Shown here piece after piece: positions 41,262 to 55,537 of a stretch of DNA of 64,000 bases. Within the stretch, counting starts at the first letter, position 1. The number at the start of each line of letters is the position of its first letter. A program made the position numbers and the translations under genes. The stretch is from the human T2T-CHM13v2.0 reference genome, Homo sapiens: the NCBI RefSeq assembly GCF_009914755.1, contig NC_060927.1. The stretch is one strand, 5' to 3'. The notes beneath the pieces are model-generated. The model worked only from the letters and a program-made list of their open reading frames with translations. It was not told the origin of the DNA and searched no databases.

Positions 41262-41410
41262 AGGGTCCTAGAACTTTAATGTTCATGGAAACCCAGATCT
41301 TGTTAAAATGCATTTCAGTGCAGAAGCTCTGGAGTGTCTTGAGATTCTACATTTTTAGCAAACTCCCAGGTGATGCTGGCGCTACTGGTCTACTGTTTTG
41401 AAAGCAATGT
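41262..41410. mobile_element. MER5-family remnant
   Basis: 'gatcttgttaaaatgca...tgagattctacatttttagcaaactcccaggtgatgctg'. Confidence 0.7.
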
Positions 41411-41704
41411 AATAAATAGTACATTTTTATTCATTGCCAGCTCATATACAAGTTGTTGCAAAGGGAGAGGACCTACCCAAATTCATTATTTTATTTCACA
41501 TTATTTGTATTAGGCACAATTCTAATATTTCATAGTCAACATTTCTAATCTTGTGAATTACAGCTAGTATTTAGAATTAATATGCTAATGTTTACAAATC
41601 CAAATTTTAAGAAAGCATATGAATATAATGTGATTCTATAACATAGCAGACACTCATAAATGCATGAATAACATGTGTACCTATTTTCACTTTGGTATGG
41701 CAGG

Positions 41705-41706
<2 letters not shown>

Positions 41707-41742
<36 letters not shown>

Positions 41743-41765
41743 GTGAGAGAGAGAGAAAGAGAGAA
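41707..41765. repeat. (GT)17 plus (GA)n compound microsatellite
   Basis: Seen directly. Confidence 0.9.
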
Positions 41766-44700
41766 TATTCATTTTAGCCAGATCTCTTGGTGGTTTATTT
41801 TTCCCTTGTGGAAAATACGGTGCTTCAGGTAAAGTTGTTGTGTGAATATTTAAAAGGCTAAAACAGAAATCTCTCAACCATCTAATTCAAATATAAATAA
41901 GAGCAAAACTGTGGTTAAATATTATGAAATAGAATAGAATGACAGCCTAACAAATCAATTCATGTCAACATATGAATATACACATTTTGTGTTTCAAAGT
42001 TCAAACACCCAAGGAATATGTCTCAGACCTTTTGGGAAATTTTCAAAGGTATAATATGTTTCAATTTTGGTACGCCTAGTGATTTGGGAATTTCAACAAA
42101 TTTAAAATAAGAATACTTCCATGAAAGCTCATTTCAGTTGTTCGGATGGCAGAAAATAACCAGACTGTGAAAATGTATCCCTATCACCCTTTGCTCCTGG
42201 CAGCTCTTTCCTTCAATCATTTCAGTTTACTCTTGAATGAATAATAGTGGAATGGACTTAGTGGCATGGCTGGCAGGAAGATATGATTATCTGTGGAACA
42301 TGTATATTTGAAAAGAGACCAAAGCCACAATTTCTTTTCTGATAGTTCTTCATAGAAATTCAATAAATAGTAACGTGTTTAGTTTTTTTGTTCCTTCTTT
42401 TAGAAGTAATGTTTCTGATATAATAGCGAGCTGTTAGTATTAACAGCTCCAAGTAAGAAATAAGGTTATTGCCTCTTTAATGTTGTTCTGAAACACATTT
42501 GGGATGGGGCAAAATGTACCTTAATGGAATTTACAAATTTATTTAACCAAAGCAGTTGAGTAAGGGTTGACAGTGAATTCAATATTTTTAGCTTGACTGA
42601 TTAATGTAATTGTCAATGTAATTGAGAAGGTTTTTTTTTTTTTTTTCAAATATCGCTTTTCTCATTCTTTGTGCTTCTGCTGTTCTTCACCTTGATTTTT
42701 TTGCTCCTTGGGGTTGGCTGGAGATGGGGAGAAGGAGCATCAGAGCTGAAGAAAGAATGTGGAATACTGGTATGACCAATAAGATGCATTAATTTATAAA
42801 CAGTAGGATTTTTGTCTTTATACCTTAATTTGCCTTCTCTAAGAGTTGATGATTCTTTAAAAAGATGTATTTTCCTAATAAGTTACATACATTTTAATAT
42901 TTAGAGTCCACTATTCTTTGTAATTTTTATTTGAGGAAATAGGTGTAACTAATAACACTAAGAGAAGCAATGCAAAAGTTGTTACACTTGACAGCTCTGA
43001 GGACATGATTTATACTTTGGGTGTCTGCATTATTATATTTCCAAAAGCAGAGGGGTGAGTTATTAAAGAGTGACACGAGGACTTAATTGTCTGATGTCTA
43101 TTAACATCAGTGGGAGGAGTCACATGGATGAATCCTTGTGGAACATGCTGTTCTGAAAATATTAGTTTGAAAAAAGTTTCTATGGAAATGTTCATGTGTT
43201 TCTTTCATTAATTGGTCTAATTATTCCATTTACAAAAATGAGAATGAGAAGTATAACACTGGGATTAAGAGAAAAATTAACATTATTAAGAGAAATAATA
43301 AGAATCATGCTATTTTTAGACCTAAAAATCTTACACATTCCCAAAAACGGTATAGATGGCCAGGTTCTCTCTATCCCCTAGGAGGTTACAGTAAAAGGAA
43401 TTTGTTCAGCACATTTGCAGTAATTGCTTTAGCACTTTGTATTTTATGTGATTTTTGGTGTTTAAATTTACATTTGTTATGCAGTTAAGAACTACTGGTA
43501 TTATTAGAATTTTCTGTAAAGATGGAAAGTAAGACAAATTATAGCATTATCTGTTTTCTTTACTATACAAAAGAAAGTAGAAAGCAGTCGTTTGGCGAAA
43601 ACAGAAAGAAAAAGGAGATTTGGATTAAAGATGGCAAGAAAAGAAAGGTGGCAAGTAAAGCATACACATATATGTTATTGAAAGCTCTAACATTTCTTTG
43701 CAGTTTTTCTAGGAGACAAACTAAATAAAAAACAAAATAACCCTAAAAATTTCAAACTGCTTTTTCCAAGAATGTGATTTACCTGATTATTTAACTGAAT
43801 GAAATCTTGACTCTCCCTTTTACTTTTCTCCTCCTTTTGTTTCTTGTTAATTTTTTGAGAGCAATTTCTGTTCTCAGTTGTCACCTAGATCTATGAACTA
43901 CCCTGTTTTTCAGTCCCACTTTTCTTCTGAAGCACATTTAAAACAAACAAACAAACAAAACTTTTTCATTGTCTCCACCACCTTCCCAAACCTAAGTCTG
44001 TTTTCTCATTGTATTTTCTATCTTTAACTCTTGACTGTACACAAGTTCCCTGCAACTCTCTTTATACTCTTTTTTTCTTTTTATATTAAATAAAATTTGC
44101 ACTTCAAACTCAGGATGCTGCTCATGTTATGTTTTAGTTGTCTGCATTTTTCTCTTCATCAGTTCTTTTTCTTTCTATTCTGCACATGTCTCTCCATTAT
44201 GAGATAGGACACTTCATTATTCCAGAGACAGTCTCAATCTAACAGCCAAATAATGAAGAAGAATTTCTGGGATTTTCTCCTTTTCTAGTAAAAGACCACA
44301 AAGAGTACCATGCTATTTCTTGTTCACCGTGGTATCCCTAGAGCCAATGTAAATTTGGCCCTCAGGATTTGTGACTTCACGTAGCAATTAGTTGTGACAA
44401 AAGAGTGAAGAGCATCTTAAGTAGTGTTATTTTTATCTTGCTTTCCAAATTCAGAGATGCAGTGGTACCCATGGGAAAACTGCAAGGCTTTTGGATGGTG
44501 TTTAAATTTTTCATTTCCAAGAACTACACATTTGGGTAAAAACTTTAGTGGTATTCCAATTTTGAATAGAAAGCAGTTTGCAAATTGCTGAACTTATAAG
44601 ACACTATCTCAGAAGTAAGTACCCCTGAAAGACGCTGCTTTTTAAAACTCTTTCTTCATTCTACTGTCTTTAGACATGACTGCTTACTACAGGGACACAA

Positions 44701-45735
44701 ACGCAAATTCAGCAAAACCAATCAGCATGGGCTCATTTTACTCATTACCTCCTAGTTTGTCTATTCCCCAGACCAACAGCATAAGATCACAGTTTTAATC
44801 ACCCCCTCCAGCTCTGAAATACCAAGAGCGCTTCTGTCCAAATGAGTGGCACATAAATGTAATGGTTCCACAGCAACAATCACTGTAACCTAGGAAGGCT
44901 ACAATACTGTCTGAAACTCATCGAATTAGTATAATTCTAAAAGAAACACTGTAACTTAGGCACTCTGTTTAGAGCTTATGCGAGTGACAGTCTTATGAGT
45001 GGGTTCACTAGTTGGTTCAGTAGTTATAGTATGATTCCATGGCTGAGGCATATTTGCACAAACGTTCTTTGGGAGAGTATGTTACCAACGTGCAGTAGCC
45101 TTCACATTTATGCTCCTGTCCAAAGCCACGAAACCACCACAGACCTTCCCCATGCTTTCATTTAGGTGCTATTCACAGTTGTCAGCCAATCCTTCCTGGT
45201 GGCAGTGATAGTTTTGATGGCTCTTCAGTGACTCCCACCAATCCCTAATCATGAGGAAGATGCTTAATCATGGGGAAGATGTCAGCCGACATCATGATTC
45301 CCACACTGTTTTTTACAGGTACCTAGAGACTTGTAATTCTCCCAGATGCTCTTACTGCTTTGGGGATTGTTTTGTTGTTGTTGTTGTTGTTGTAATAGGT
45401 CCAGCACAATTGCACCCTTTATAAGCCACTGTGTGTCATATTTGTTCTGAGAATAAAAAATAAATGGCAGAAAGAAGGTCCAGATTAAAACCAAAAGCAC
45501 ACCTTGCAGAATGCAGGATATTGCAGTAGAACACACATTTTGAGTATTGTAGGAATATGCAGTAAAATCTGTCAAGCTAGCTCCAAGTAGGTTTGCATTA
45601 ATTTTTGTTTCCTAAGGAAAACAACTTATAAACAAATATCACTTTCATTACTCATTTATGCATGGGCAGTGTTAAGTAGCCAGTGGTGTGGTATTATGAT
45701 ACAGAGTTCAGAGGGTTTGAAGTGCCTTTTAGTGA

Positions 45736-46031
45736 TTTTTTTTTTTTTTTTTTTTGAGACAGGGTCTTTCTCTGTCACCCAGGCTAGAGTCCACTGGCAT
45801 GAGAACTGCAGCCTTGAACTGCCGAGCTCAAATAAGCCTCCTACCTTAGCCTGAGTAGCTGGGATTACAAGCACCCGCCACCACATCTGGCTAATTAAAA
45901 AAAAAAAAAATTGTAAAGATACGGTCTTGTTATGTTGCCCAGGCTGGTCTCAAACTGCTGAGTTCAATTGATCCTTCCACCTTGGTCTGCCAGAATGCTG
46001 GGGTTACAGGAGTGAGCCACCACACCCAGAC
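45736..46031 (-). mobile_element. Alu, AluJ-like, antisense
   Basis: Poly-T, then 'gagacagggtct...tatgttgcccaggctggtctcaaact...gtgagccaccacaccc'. Confidence 0.9.
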
Positions 46032-46554
46032 CCCTTCAATGAATCTTGATGAATAATTCAATTTTCCCAAGTTAAGACCTAGTAGGTCTACCTGCTAGAA
46101 AAGGCTCAGCTTTTGCTGACCTGGGCCTGTGGAATTGAGATGAGTCAAAGAGAACAATCCAATGACAAAAAAATAAATCCGAGAAAAAAGCTCCAGCCTA
46201 GCTGAAAATTGTAGCAAGAATCAGGAGAAAGAGAAGACAATCCAAGTGGTGGTTTTTGTTATGTTTGTTATGTTTTCTTTTATATGTAGAATATTTTATA
46301 AATTGTGAAAACAATGCAGTGCATAAAGAAGGCTTTTTGAAAAGACCTCAAAACTTTATGCTAACACAACAATGAATTTTTAGTTTTGACTCTTCTCTTT
46401 CTGCCTTTGAGCCTATGTATATATGCATGTTGTAGATTTAAACATGTATTGTGATCATAGAGTATCGCAATTTCTTATTTATTTGGTATTATATTTATTC
46501 AAAACTCATTATTTTACACTTGATTCTGATTTCTGTGAAAATTTTTTAAAGAAG

Positions 46555-46770
46555 TAAAACTGTATTTTCAGATTTCATGTGTTTTACATAAAAATTCAAA
46601 GCAATTCACAAAACAACTGGTAGAACTAATTAGTTAATTTAACATTGTTGCAGAATAGAGGGACAATATACAGGAATCAACTGTGTTTTTACATACTTGT
46701 GGAAAACAAATAGAAAATTTAAAAATTCTATTTATAATAGCAACACAATTTTAATAGTAATAATTAATCA
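46555..46770 (+). mobile_element. Old L1M ORF2 fragment, sense
   Basis: 'aaaacaactggtagaactaattag...gttgcagaata...caatatacaggaatcaactgtgtttttacatac'. Confidence 0.6.
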
Positions 46771-48342
46771 CAACATTCCTGACCTTGTGGCCCAGGGAGG
46801 ATTAGATCATTGCCTCATTCATCTGAGAACCACTCCTTGAGCCCTAGACACAAAGCAGTATCTTGTAGAGAAACAGCAATTACAACTTGAAATATTTCTC
46901 CATGCAGTCCTTGCTTTCCTGATTTCCTCATCAATAAAGAAGCATATACTTGGGGGGCGGGGGAACTAAAGCTTTCAAATCTCTCATGTATCTTCTTTAG
47001 CTTCTACATTCAACAAATATTTCACAATAAACTTTGGTTTTGCTGCTTCTCTCCCCAAACAAGGACAATGCCATAGAAGTTTCTGAGTATTTTTCCACCT
47101 TCTGTCAAGGGCTTTTGTCTTTTTAATTTCCCATTGTTAAAAATGACACAATTCAAGGAGCTCACACTCTTTGAGTTGGAGTCTACCTCAAGTGCCTCTC
47201 TGAATATGCTACACAAAGGAGACGGTTTCCTTAGCAACAGGAATGTGATGAGAAAAAAAAAAACATGGAAATATTTGCTCCCTAACTCCTTCCCCAGCAC
47301 CCTTCAGCCCTGCTGTTTGCCAGGCACAGAAACTACGCTTTTGACAAGAATTCAAGCTCCTGATTAGTTTAACCATTGTCTATAAGTCCCTCTACAAACC
47401 ACTTGCTCTATTTTTTTCATTAATGAAACCAGTTCAGCTGTGGAATGGTCATTTTCTCATTAGTGCCTTTAGCTGTTCTTTTCTATATATTTAAGTAAAG
47501 CAGAGAAAGGGAAATTGGGTTTTAAAAAGTGTGTGTGTGTGCATGCTTATGTGTGTGTGGGTGGTGGGTGGATATATGAATGTGATTGTCCAGATAAGTG
47601 GATTTTAAGTAACTGATAGCATTTATTTTTACATTTATTTCCAGTCTCTGAAATTTGCATGTAAGATATATTTTAAACTCTGGCAGGAGGCAATGACATG
47701 TTTAGTGACCTCTATGAAAAGTAATGTATTAATTTGGCAGTACTTATGACACACTTATTAAGTGTGCTTCTGAATAAACCCCCATGAGGTTAATGTGGTT
47801 TTCTCTGTATATTAAAAATTGGCAAGACAAACGTAGGTATATGAACTTACAGATAGAAGACTCTAACTGAGGTCTAAATCCAGGGACATCATTCAGCAAT
47901 ATGGAGATCAATAGATGTGATTTTCAGTCCTAAATGCTCGCTACGCCTAGGAAACCAATAAACCCACATCATTTGGGGTCCAAAGCACAACCTTTTCCCA
48001 ATACAGTTTGTCCCTCTTTCCTGTATCTTTTACTTACTCAGAGCAATGACATAATATGCATATACCGTTGTTGTTCATTTCTAAATTATTTTACTGCTGA
48101 GCTTATCAGCTATTGAAGAATGTTTGGTGTGTTGTAGACTTTCTCTTTTTTTCAGGTAATTGAACAGGTAATTGAGCCACCTGTTCAGCTTGGAACTTTA
48201 GGAATCTATGAGTTTGCCAATATATTTACTGTATCTTATTCAGGAAGAAGTCTTCCGCATAAGTAGAAAAAACAAAAGAATTAGTATCTGCCATTTTTTT
48301 CTTTCATTTTTTTATTTTCATTTTTTTCCTTTCATTTTCTCT

Positions 48343-48345
<3 letters not shown>

Positions 48346-48392
<47 letters not shown>
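48346..48392. repeat. (TG)n microsatellite abutting a short MLT1-like fragment (about 48395-48510)
   Basis: Repeat seen directly. It is followed by 'gacttaaacaactgaaatttattttcccacagttgtggaggct'. Confidence 0.85.
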
Positions 48393-48395
<3 letters not shown>

Positions 48396-50770
48396 ACTTA
48401 AACAACTGAAATTTATTTTCCCACAGTTGTGGAGGCTAAAAGATCTTAATTAAAGCATTGGCAGATTTGATTTCTTCCGAAGCGTTTCTCATTGATTTGC
48501 CAATGTCTGCCCATTCTTTTTAAACTGAAGAATTAAAGAAAAATATTAAGTGTGGAAAACCAATGTGCTATGCCAAAGTGTTCTTATAATATGGCCAACA
48601 AACACTAACACTTTGGATTGTTTTACCACCAGCTAGCATTAACCAAAATAGAAACAGTGATCCTGTGTTCTTCCCATGTCGAGCCACTCGGTTGTTGTAA
48701 GAATTGCAGTATACCTTCAGGAACTAGAAGGCATATATTAAGCATCACATTGTATCTTCATGTGTATTTATAAATGGATCTTAAAACCCTAAAAATGACA
48801 TGCCAGGGTTTATTCAAGAGGCTGTAAAAACACTAAAAAGACATCCAAAAGCTTTCCTTTCTCCCCCTTGTTGTCGTTGTTGGTTTGTAGCGACAGTATC
48901 TGACTGTAAATTATGTGACTCAGTAATGCCAGCTCTCAGGATCCCAGGGAGCTGTCTTCCTGTCTCTGCTCACACTGGTGGCCCTCAGGGTTGGTGGCAT
49001 TGTCTTGAAGACTGGATACTTGAATTCTGTCCATTTGCCTGCTGGTGACAGCCAGCACTTGTACGATGACAACTGCCATCTGGCTCTTTCTGCTAGATTT
49101 GTAGCAGAAGCCTCAGTTGAGTTTGGGGGATGCGAGATTCTCCAGGGAAGGAAGAACCTCTTTGAAATCACCACAGATGGCTTTATTTGGGGAAGATAAC
49201 AGGCACAGAAGTAGAAGGAGGAGGTAAAAAAAAAAAATCCGCTGGGAGTTTGATGTCTGCTCCTCTTAAAAGAACTTAAGATGAACTTCATTGATTGATC
49301 AGGACTGTAGTATGTGCATGGAAGAATTTGGAGGCATTGTGAAACCAAACTGAAACTTTAAAGATTTTGAAATTAAGCAGCCCATCATGGCACTGTGGAT
49401 ATTAGACTTTCCTAAGGAAATGTGTGAATGTGATGTAAATTTGCCATGGGAAAAAGTGCATTTTCATGGTTCCTAAATCATTGTTTCTTGAGAGATGTCC
49501 CACCCACATTAGGATTGGCAGGGTGGTGAATGGGCTTATAAAAAAAATGCAGATAAATGGATCTTCCTGAATTTCTGAGGGCTGGGCACCACCTTCCCCA
49601 AAAGACTACTCAGTTTTTGTGGGAAGAGTGCATTTCTCTAGTCTCTTTCAAAAGCACTTTTTTTCCCTGACTGTAACAGATTCTAATGCTCAGGCAGATC
49701 CGCTTTTCTAAAATGCATTCTCAAGCAATTAATATGCCATTAATATTTAAGAACCACTGCCCTAAAGCTAATCTACTTTGAGAATTCTTCTGAGTTTTAT
49801 TTTCTTCTCTATGTTCAAAGGAATACAAGTTGGCAAGTATACCACTGAGTTCAAATCGAGGGCAAATTTTCTTCCACGTTTTCAAAGGCATCTAGGTTGT
49901 CAGGAACACTGTCTAATACAGCAAATGTTTGCTTTCTCTATATTTAGAGATGCATTTGGAGATGATTAAAACTATAAGGTGGGTGGGTAGGCAACGTTTA
50001 GATGTAGGTAAGGTACGTGAAAAATTTGACATCTGGCTAGCAGTTTTTGGCTACTTTTAACACAAATCTATTCATAAGACCTCTGTGTCTTCAAAAGAGC
50101 TTCTTCTTTATACAGTAACCCCACACACATGAAGACAGGGCTGTTTATTTGGGAACAGCCCTCCTGCACCACCTCTGCCTTGTACCTTAGTGTCTATGGA
50201 GGTGACCTGTTGCCACTGTCAGCAAAGTTTGTGCTTTACTCTGTTGCTAAAAAAACAAACAAACAAAACCAAACCTCTGGTTTTAAAGGGCATATTTCAA
50301 TATTCTCAGAGGGAAAAATATCTGAGTGGAATTAAGCTCCAGTGAGATTCTTGATTATTCAATGGTGAAAAGTGGAAGCTAAGATAAGATGGATTCCCAG
50401 TATATGGAGACTAGAAGGATTAGCACCTCAGTCACCAGTCATCTGAAAGCTGTGAGCAAAAGAGCTTATGTCATAAGTTTTGTTTCTACAGGTTTAATTT
50501 CTAAGTAGAAGCAGAACACCAACTTTGTAGCCAGGCAGTTATTTATTCATTTCAGCAAGTGTTTATTGAGCCCCTACTAGGACGGCACACATTCAAGGAA
50601 ATCTGAAGACACAGACTGGCATCATTCCACACTGAAACCGTTGATGCCATCCATCCATGAGTCCATTCAGACCTGCTGTGATTTTTACAACATGTTTAAA
50701 TAACAAAGAATTTTTTCCAAACACATATCCCTCAACACCAAGGTCAAAAACTTTATAATAACTACACAGA

Positions 50771-50838
<68 letters not shown>
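50771..50838. repeat. (TC)n(CA)n compound microsatellite
   Basis: Seen directly. Confidence 0.95.
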
Positions 50839-50841
<3 letters not shown>

Positions 50842-52536
50842 TTTGGAATACATATCATTATTCTTACACTTAAAATTTTATTTTGTCAAGAGTCAATTGT
50901 TATTCTTCAAATATTTTCAATTAAAATTACAGAGATATTCTGTGGTAAAAATATTCTCCTTTGTGCTAGTAAACAAGATGGACTATATCTTGAACATGTT
51001 AAAATGATATTTGTGATTAATATCAGAGAAGTGCTGATATTATTTCTGAGTTTTTGCTTATTTGCTTTCTACATAGAATCAATAAAATTGACAACTAGCA
51101 TTGCCTATATATGCAGGTGTGATACTATTCAGGGTACTAGTATATTGGCCACTCATTATGAAACTTTCAGGTCCTCATATATTTTCTTTTATTACAATGA
51201 TCTACTTATTTCTGATAAATATTGGATTCATAGAGGCTAAAGGGCTGGGAAAGGAAAACATTCGTGACTACTTACAACCATTTGATACGAGTTGTGTCAA
51301 TACAGACCTCACACAGCAGACATGCAGTCAATATTTCTTGAATAAGCAAATGACACACTTCCCTAAAATAACACTAAGTATTAGTAAAAATGGTTCAAAA
51401 AGGAGGGTTCTAAGACGATGGTTCCAATTTATTCTTAATTTGAAGGCAGGCATATATTGAGGTTTTATAAAACCCTAATTTAGCAATGTTTTAATGGCTA
51501 GAAGTTTAAAACCAGACTCAGACACTAGAGCCAAGTAAACTGTAAGACACGATCACACTCTGAGATTATTCAATGCTGGTGAGGAGGGGCCATTTCTCTG
51601 CTGTCCCTCAATGCCTTCTTTCATTAAACATTACTGATTCTGATGCCCAGACACACCAGGTCTTCTGAGTATTAGAAGAATATTTTAGACTTTTAAAATA
51701 GCATCTGGAGAATTGAGTCAGAGGCTACAATGGGGTACATAAATATAGTATCAGACAGTTAAACATGGGGAACCACTAGACAAGAGTTCTAATAATAATA
51801 GCTCTGTGTGTCTTTTTAAAAATTTAATTACACAGCTAGGGTTGAGAAAAATCCTTCAAAAGTCTCTGATCTAATTAAATGGCACTCTTCAGGTGCGTTA
51901 AAACACCATTGGTTTTGATTAATAGTTCTCTTACCTGCCTCATTTCTGCCTCTCTTGGGTATCTCCCTTACAACTGGGCTGTTGATAGAAGGTGGAATTT
52001 TTACATGGCCTTAGGGTGACACATTAGAGTTAATGTCATATTGTGAATTGAAGTCCCGTGAGGACCACCTGGAACTGCAGTTTGTGCATCTGGTAAATTT
52101 TAAAAGTCTTGATATGTGTTTAACATTCAACTGTCTCTCATTGATGTGCCTCACCAAGGTGTGGAGTTGAGTACTGGCTGACCCTCTGCCATGCTTGTCA
52201 CCATGCAGTTACAATATTATGGACAAGAGCTATTATCTAATCCCATGGAACCACATGGAGCTTGGACGGTCACTAGAATGGAACAAAACCCCTGAAAATC
52301 CTTTAGCGGCTATTGTAAAATTGAATAGATATTACAGAAATGAATCTGGTGCATTGATCTTGACTTTGAAGGCATAACTGACTTTAGCGGCAGTTTAGAT
52401 GTCTGGGTAGGGCCATCCTACAGTACCAGTATAGAAACCATGTGTTAAATTGTATTATTTCCGAAGTTTTCATCACCTTTGAGTATTTGTAGAACTATTC
52501 AGAAAAATCTTCATCAACAGTAAAATTTGGCGATGA

Positions 52537-52803
<267 letters not shown>

Positions 52804-55514
52804 TTAAATATTAGTGTCTGTTCCTGCCTCATAGAAGATTATGGCAAAAGTTTTCACTTTTTTGGTAACCTAAAAATATAAGGTGGATGAAAAAATAACA
52901 TTTAATTTTAACCTCTAAGAAATCTCTTAGAGACACATATCTTGGTCAAGAAGAATTATAACAGTATAATATGCATGCTTTTGCATGATAAATAGCGTTT
53001 TTAGAAATGTTTACTTTTATTATCATGGCTTTGATTTCAAATGCTGACAGCTTGCACTAAAACATTTAAAAGTTGTCAACTACATAAAGTGTGTGGCAAA
53101 AGATTTTATGAGGTTTTTTTCCTCCAAGTATTTTCTTTTCTTCTCTTCAATGGCTGATGTATGCTCCTGGGCTTCTGAGTTAAATTTGGATTCTTATGTG
53201 CTTTCCTCCATGCATTCCCGAGGTGAGATACTGATTTATGACAGTGAGTGGATATTCCGGGATTGACCACAGAAAGTGACACACCTGCATCCCATACTTC
53301 AGGTGACCTTCTTAAGCATAGTTTTCTTTGGTCACAAAAGAGATTACTAAGGACTCAGAATACAGAGCCAAAAGGCAAGCCTAGATAATGTTTTGTGGGG
53401 TTTTAGTGTTCTGTTTGCATATATGTATACATTTTGTTTTTCTAACTGGTTCTGGAGAGATAAATGTAAGGACACCACTTTTACTAAAAAATTATAGTTC
53501 TGCCATTTGTATATCATAGAAATACATATGCATAGAGGAATATAGAGGAATTTTACATTCTTATTGAGTGTGGCAAGCAGTTTAACATTCATTATTTCTA
53601 AAACCTTTTCACTTCACAGGATCTGATTTAATGTTCTATATTCCATTGATTAAATGTGAAGTTATAACATCAGAACTAAAATCATAAGCAATACATTATG
53701 TTCTCATGTACCTACTATTGCTAAAGGACAAGGAAAATTCTACTTAGGTTAATTATTTTAAATCAAAATTATCCGTTTTAAGTAATTGAACTTATATGGA
53801 ATTTTTGCAGAAATTATATCATTTTTCACACCTTACTAAACAATATATACACTGATAATATTATTATTTGTTGTTACCTTAAATATCCTGAGCTTACCCT
53901 TCTTTTTCAAGGTTTACATCTGTCAAAATGTCAAATTCTAAGCAGGATTGCCTTGCCCTCATCTTTTTTCTTCTTCGGTAATTTGTGTTGAGAGAGTGAT
54001 AGCAAAGCTTGTTAGAAACATGTCTGAGATTGATTCTGAGAGATAGTTAAGAAGCTCAGCTAAGAACAGAAACCAAGCGAGTGGGGTAGAAGGGAAATGC
54101 TGTAATGTGTAGTTAACTGGATCCCCTCTTTCACCCTGAGTCCTTCAGTTTATTGCATAAGTGAAGCATCAGTATACTGAAATCAGCCAGCAAGCTTTCT
54201 TGTCAGTTGAGCATAGCTGGGATACAATTTTGCACACACCTTCTCGCCAAGGAACAAAACTCCACCATTCCAAACAAAGAGGTGACATGTAAATGTAAAT
54301 GAAGACAGAGTGCTTTCAATGCTTCTTAAAATAAATTGAAATGTAAGGAGTTTCTTCCTAGTGAGTTATAAAATGAGAAAGATAGAAAAGACAAAAATAA
54401 GTCTTTTAAAATAGGTTAACCTCAATAATTACTACATATAAATAATTTATTCTACATAATGGAATGGTTAAGCATAAGAACTAAGGAATTTGATTTCCTG
54501 AGTTAAAATTTCTGCCATTTATATCTGTGTGACCTTAAACAAAGTAACTACTTTGTGGCTCAGTGTTCTCATATGTAAAATAAAGAAGATCTGAGGACTA
54601 GCTCATCAAGGATTAAATACAGTAATGCAAGTGAGGGGCATTTAGTGTTTGACACATAGAGAGCAATGACTGATTATTAATGTAGCTCTGGGTACCATGT
54701 AGAGCCTGTACAAGAAATGAGCACTGATTCTGAAAACTATTCTAAGTACCCCCTCTATTATTTATGTGGAGTATCCAATAACCAATGCATTCAGTGATCT
54801 TCCACGGAAATTTAACTCTCTGGATTTTAAATGCTACTCACATGCAACTAGAGTCATGTTTTTATTCTTTGAAAACAAAATGGGAATTTTGAATTCTATT
54901 CATTTGGTTAAATACAGCCACATGGCTCTCCCAAGTTCCATTCTGAAACTAATTTGTAAATCTTCACAAGTTGGAGTAGTAATGGCACACATACTTAAGG
55001 TAATGTTGAATGCAGCATGGAGGTGCCAATCTCTTTATTGATGTAAACAAGAGAGGCTTTGCTACTTAAAAAACAAAAAAGAAGAAGAAGGAGAAGAAGC
55101 ACTAACACAGAATGAAATAATCAGGTGCTAATTTGTTTCTTTGCCTGCCCTAGATGCCACTGTATGTGAAGGATTATCATAGAAAATGCATTCTTTCTGG
55201 AATTTTGAGCCTTTAGGCATTTGACGTGCCAATTGCCTTCACTTGGTTGTAGTCTGTAATTTATCACTGGAGTGTCCTACCCTGCTCAAACGCACCCTTT
55301 GTGGGCAGAGGCAAAGCTAATATACTCTCCAAGTATATTTGAATTGCTTCAATAAATCACAGCTGCCACTGTAAGCAGTTTTATCATTTGCCAGAACAAT
55401 AAGTTATCATTTTACCTTATAGATGCAATGCTTTCCAAGACTTTTATTTGTGTAAATTGTAATGCACCATCACCTATTTCTTAAAATACAATTAAGAAGC
55501 TCATATTATACATA

Positions 55515-55537
55515 TGTGTGTGTGTGTGTGTGTGTGT
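55515..55537. repeat. (TG)n microsatellite
   Basis: Seen directly. Confidence 0.9.

Noticed and set aside
42428-42449. Perfect 9-bp hairpin GAGCTGTTA-gtat-TAACAGCTC
   Set aside because: Stems this short are expected by chance in a window of this size.
45246-45281. Short tandem duplications of 10-19 bp (also near 5790, 38130 and 42600)
   Set aside because: Ordinary slippage products with no further structure.
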